A stretch of 64,000 nt of DNA from Eutreptiella sp. 'Long Island Sound 2002' (lineage: Eukaryota; Protista; Euglenida): assembly GCA_964036045.1 (NCBI GenBank), contig OZ038378.1, positions 11,532,001 to 11,596,000 of the forward strand, given 5' to 3'. Shown here in pieces: positions 59,086 through 64,000 of this stretch. The notes beneath the pieces were generated by a model, which ran no database searches, was not told the origin of the DNA, and worked only from the letters and a program-made list of their open reading frames with translations. Within the stretch, counting starts at the first letter, position 1. Each line of letters opens with the position of its first letter. The position numbers and the translations under genes were made by a program.

Positions 59086-60737
59086 TCTAGTCTCTCTTCG
59101 AGGTGCCTTGCCGAAGGCTATAGAATGTGCGAAGAAAAGGGCTTCCCACCCATGCTCAGGCTTTGGGATCCGGTGAGATGGTTGGTGGCGTGGCAACCAA
59201 TCTTGGTTGTTGCGTGAGGAGGTGGTTGACCATCACAGAAGGTTGGAGCACATTATAAGCCCAACAGATTCCTCAAGCGGTGGGCATCATTGCAAATCAA
59301 TCCGTCTGAACCTGAGAATAGTTGGGATGGGGATCTTACTGTGCTCCCAAAGTCGCCTCCAAACCCATGGTTAAGACCCCTCTACCTCAAATCCCCACAC
59401 CTGTTTGCTCAAGAGGAGGATGCTGGTGTCGATGCAAGGAGAACATTGAGACCGCTTCCTGGCCAAGTTAATGCTGCCACCTCTAAGCTAAGCCTTGATA
59501 TCCCAGTAATTGAACCCTCGGAATTTGAGGTGTTGATATAAGGAAAGTGGTTCCAGTCCCAGAGAACTACTCCTAAGACTCACTGTGTCAATTGGAAAAT
59601 AACCATTGGAAAATAACCAAAAGTTGTGCAAGAGTGTGGTGCTCAACCACAGATGGAAGATTGAGAAATATTGGCGAACCCTTGGAAATGGTGTCTTGGT
59701 AGCTGAGCCAAGTTTATCCATTGCTTTTTCTAAGCTTGAGTAGTAATGAAAATGTCCCGCACCACCATGACATTGCAATCGAAGTGATGAGGTTGTGAGA
59801 TCAAAACCAACCAGACCTACAAAAGAGAGAAGCACCCCCCCCCCCTGCCCCCTTTTGGGCCTTTTGGGCCCCTCCAGCAGGAGAACAGAAAGCCGTATGG
59901 TTAGGCCGAAGGAGTGCATCAGGCTATACGGCCCTGTGATTCACTGCGACACATCAACACAGACGCAGCTTGAGGGCGTGGCTGTTTTTCATGCACCATC
60001 TAGCTCAGCAACACACAGGTATTGATCTATAGTGGTTCGCCGTCCACAGGTTATATAACAAATGCAGCTGCCACTGGCACCGCTGATTGAAACCTTGTAC
60101 CTACTTGTTGTACATTGAATAGTGGAGCACCCCAACCAAGAAGGGGACACATGCATCTGTGAGAGAACCTCTGGACTAATGGCTGAAAGTGTCTATGGCG
60201 GGGACATTCAGTCGATCAGCACCGACCATTGATCCCCCTTTTGGGCCTATTCACGCACCATACCCCAAGGGGTAAATTTGTCCATTTTGCGTAGCCACTT
60301 CCAAACGGGAGTTGTGGGTCCTATTTCCATGCACACCCAATCTTATGAGGCCTGGAGCCAGCTGTTTTCCCGCTTGCATGGGTTGGCCAACAAACTGCAA
60401 CTGTCCGCACCACCCACAACGACTCGTGCCCAGCCTTGGGCCACACTTAGGTCCCTTGGTGACCCTTGCAGCTAGATAGCACCAATAAGGCCCACTTCAT
60501 GGGGGGCGTATTGTGTGCTATGCGCATGGTACGATTTTTTTGTGCTCGCGTTTACCGCAAAAAAAATTGAACGGCATACAATGTTTTTGTCCATTGCGGT
60601 TACTGCAAAAAAAAATTACATGATTGCACGATTTTTTTGTACTCACGTTTGCTGCAAAAAAAAACTCACTCGCACTTGCAACGGAAAGAAAATTAGTCAG
60701 AGATTTGGCCGCCTATCCCGACCGAGCGGCCATGCTG

Positions 60738-61497
60738 ACCACCAAGGGGTTTTCTCTGCGTAGGGGCCGTTATAGGAGGGGGGAACGCCAAGGCCGTTCC
60801 GGGAAAAGGCACCGTCCAGGTAGCGCGCGGCGCAGATACTCCCCGTTAACTTGGGGACCCCCAAGACGGCAAGGGTTATGGGGGAGCACTTGACACGGCG
60901 CGCGCACGGTGCGGCGATTTGGCCACCTATCCCGACCAAGCAACTGTGCTTACCACCCATGGGGGCTGCTCCCGGCGAGGATCCGACCCCAAGGGGGGGT
61001 GGGGACCCCCCCCCCCCCTCTACAGACCCCAAAATGGCTGTACGGAACAATGGGTTCTGTGGGCGCCAAAGGCGCCGGAGATTTTGTTTTAGGCATATGG
61101 CAGGGGGAATTTTTTTTGTTTGACCCTGTGTTTCTACACTCAAAATACTCAGAATTTTGTGGAGAATTCAAAATTCAAACATGGATGAAAAACACAAAAA
61201 AAGGATTTTGACCCCGACCCGACCTCCACGTGGCTGATGGGAGCGTGAGCTGATGGGCAAAGAATTTTAAAAAAAATTTTACCCCACTTGTGTATATTCA
61301 AAATGATCAGCGCCTCCTACAACCCCCAAAACGGTTGCACACCCCTTGGGGTCACACATTGGCTGGGAGCAGCCCCCGTGTTACCACCAAGGAGTTTTCT
61401 CTCTGTAGGGGCCGTTTTAGGAGGGGCAAAGCCTAGGCCATTCCGGGAAAATGGGCTGCAGAAGTAGCGCGCGGCGTGCATGCCGCGCAGATACTCC
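60738..61497 (+). repeat. Interspersed repeat with ~110-bp internal direct repeat (60738-60842 and 61382-61497)
   Basis: ACCACCAAGG.GTTTTCTCT..GTAGGGGCCGTT.TAGGAGGGG...GGCC.TTCCGGGAAAA...GTAGCGCGCGGCG...CAGATACTCC occurs twice. Confidence 0.8.
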
Positions 61498-64000
61498 ACC
61501 TATGTAGCCAATTCTGATTTCGTCCCCACTCTGGGGACCCCAAGACATCACAAGTTACGGAGCCATCTTACTTCCGGTTTTGTCCCCATGCTGGGCACTA
61601 GGGACCGCCCAGAAGGTAGGGGTCATGTAGCCATCTTGCCAAGCTGCAGGCTTATACACTCCACCAGAAAGGGGCAGAGCAGAGACAAAACCAGAATATG
61701 CCCAAATTTGGGCAAGATGACTACATAACTCCTACCTTCTCGGGCGCCCCCAATGCTCAGTTCCGGGACAAAATCAGAAGTGGCTACCTCCCCTGTGCAG
61801 TCTCGGGGGGCCAACCTCTCCTGCCTGCATAAGCCTACCTACCTCTCCTTTATAGCTAACCTCTATCAGACCTCCATATTCTTCTTTCCGCCGTGTCCCA
61901 ATCAATTGATGGCCACACAAGGTATTTGGTGCCTAGTGGACTCGGCGTCCCATCGTTAAGGCCGCTAGGGGGGTGCCGTACAAAACGGCAATTGTACATA
62001 TTGCAAAAGTGGCATTATTGTGGAAAAAAAATTTTACTTGCCATCACAGTAACAAAAATTACCCAACCTTACCGCCAAAAAAATTTACACATCCTTACCG
62101 CAAAAAAAACTGTACACCAACGTTGTTTTTTTTTTTTTGTTCAAAGCACTCTGCAACCTTACCGCAAAAAAAAATTACGCGCATGGAGGGTTTTTTTGTA
62201 CACAGTTGCATGGCTCCTCTCAACAGGGCAGCTCTGATGGAGACTCAGGCCACGCTGTCCCATTGGCCTGTGTTGGTATGTAAACAATCTGTGGCATCTT
62301 TTAGGTGCTCTGATGTTCAACCCTTGAATGAAATGCCATACAGTTTTGGCAAATGGATTATGTGAGGAGGAATGTGCTTTACGAAATCAACATGTATAAG
62401 TGGCTTTACAGCTTGCCTCACATGTGAAAGGTGGCCAATCCCAGCTGCTGACACAGAATTTTGTAGCACACACACACATACGTGCGCAACACACAACAGG
62501 CAGCCGGCAGCCAGCAACAATCTCAGTCGTGCAACGTGTACTGTCCATCTCCCATGTGCACGTGGGGCTGCCTCATTTGTAGGTGTTTTACTGAGTGCCC
62601 CAATGTTCCAGATTGGCGAGCGTATCTGGTCAAAGCCCATTCAGTGGCTTGGGCAGACAATTTTGCCATCATTTGTCTATGATACCCTGGTGGCCAGGCC
62701 CTGGTGTTATCTACTGCACCTCCTGGACTCTGCTGCTTCAATGGCATTCCATCATGTATGCCTCACAACCGATCTTCTTTCCCTAAAGATGCCACTCCAC
62801 CTTCCCCAAACATGCTCAGACACAGCATGCCCCGGAGGGGGGACTAGCTCGGACCAACAGCGCGTGGAGGGAATCAGGCTGGAAATCAGGGTATTGGAAG
62901 AGAGACTGGCCAAACCAGTCATGGGGAGTGGGTTCGCTGGGGACAGGGCGCTGGGAGGAGGACGAGAGGCTGCGGAAAGGTTACTGGGAATGAAGGGCAT
63001 CAGGACAGGAATGGCGAGGGGCACAAAGTGTTGCCACAGTGCGCTGCAGTCACTCCAACCATTGCTTTATTGTCTTGTGGTTCATCAAATGTTGGAGTTA
63101 GACGTCAGAGTAAGGGTCCCCTTCAAGGCAGTGTGCAAGTTTCATCTGCTGCCAAGCAGATGCAAGTGCAGTCCAAACCCCACCAAAAATGCGATGGCAC
63201 TCAAGACTTCGCAGCATCAAACCGACGATGACAAAGCCCATATGCCATCCATAAATTGTATGGGCCCATTTGGAGTGCACATGTGCGGGCGGTCACTGCA
63301 GAACCACCCATACCGGTCAGGTGGCATGAGATGTCCCCCGTGGCAGTACTGCCCTCAAACAGCCACATGTCCACAAAGCCCCCCCCTTCAAGAGGTAACT
63401 GGCGTTACAGCCACAGACGTCCAGTAAACTCCGGTGGGCACAAAGAGGCACATCCGGTGGCGTCTGGCAGAAAGGCGGGCTGCCTCCGGCAACATCAGCT
63501 GGGAGGGGCAGGGATGGGTTGGTCGCAATGGGAACAGATAGGTACAGGTGTGGGCAGGGCTGGGCAGGGATGGGTTGTTATGGTGGTGTGTAGCTGCCGA
63601 CCTCATATCTTTTCAACCTCATCAATGGTGTTTACTCCCAGAAGCAAAGAATGGGTGGCTCTGGGAGGGGGGTGATGCAGTATCACCCATGGAAACGGGG
63701 CAGGGCTGGCAGCCTTGGAGGATGGATGTTGCCAAAAAGCGCAGGAAAGCGCCATGAAACAGATGAACCCCAGCATCCACGTACCGCCGCCCCGCCAAAG
63801 GGTGCAACTGCAGTGTCCTGGCAATTCTGAACTGCAGTTTGCCACATGCTAAGAGCAAGTCTAGTCGCAGTTGTCCAATGTCTGTGAGGGGGCGTCTTTC
63901 TGTGGAACATGATTTGGTGAATTGCAGCCTGTGCCCCCAGTCAAACATGTTGCAGAAATGTGCAGATTTCTTCACTTTGGCAGTCTCTTCCACACTTCTC

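Noticed and set aside
62372-63427. 351-aa ORF as a candidate downstream exon of the hydrolase
   Set aside because: Lacks the expected LSAP, Asp and His motifs and has no recognisable domain.

Overview
Repeat-rich eukaryotic nuclear DNA with spliceosomal GT-AG introns, many G/C homopolymers and one 200-N scaffold gap. It is probably from a photosynthetic euglenid (inference from a Euglena-type plastid presequence and a kinetoplastid VIPER/TATE-like retroelement). Four host genes are supported. (1) The 3' half of a four-domain voltage-gated cation channel (4 exons, 3..8863) with an atypical selectivity filter. (2) An intronless RIIa-domain/RIIAD1-like protein (36612..36878). (3) A 3-exon, probably plastid-targeted SAM methyltransferase (49240..52370). 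(4) The first exon of a monoacylglycerol-lipase-like alpha/beta hydrolase (57872..58256). The most striking object is a near-intact 6.45-kb tyrosine-recombinase (YR) retroelement (25821..32272) in gag-YR-RT/RNaseH order, with split direct repeats A1...B1A2...B2, inserted at a CA core beside the centre of a long palindrome. Its gag and YR ORFs share one frame and are separated by a single UGA. Nine nt downstream of that UGA is a predicted GC-rich H-type pseudoknot, the layout of a gammaretrovirus-type stop-codon readthrough signal. Also present: a LINE with a twin-priming-type 5' inversion, a degraded Harbinger/ISL2EU-like DDE transposase with a B-box-like tail, tRNA-derived SINE-like heads, minisatellites and several interspersed repeat families. 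No rRNA, intact tRNA or CRISPR array was seen.
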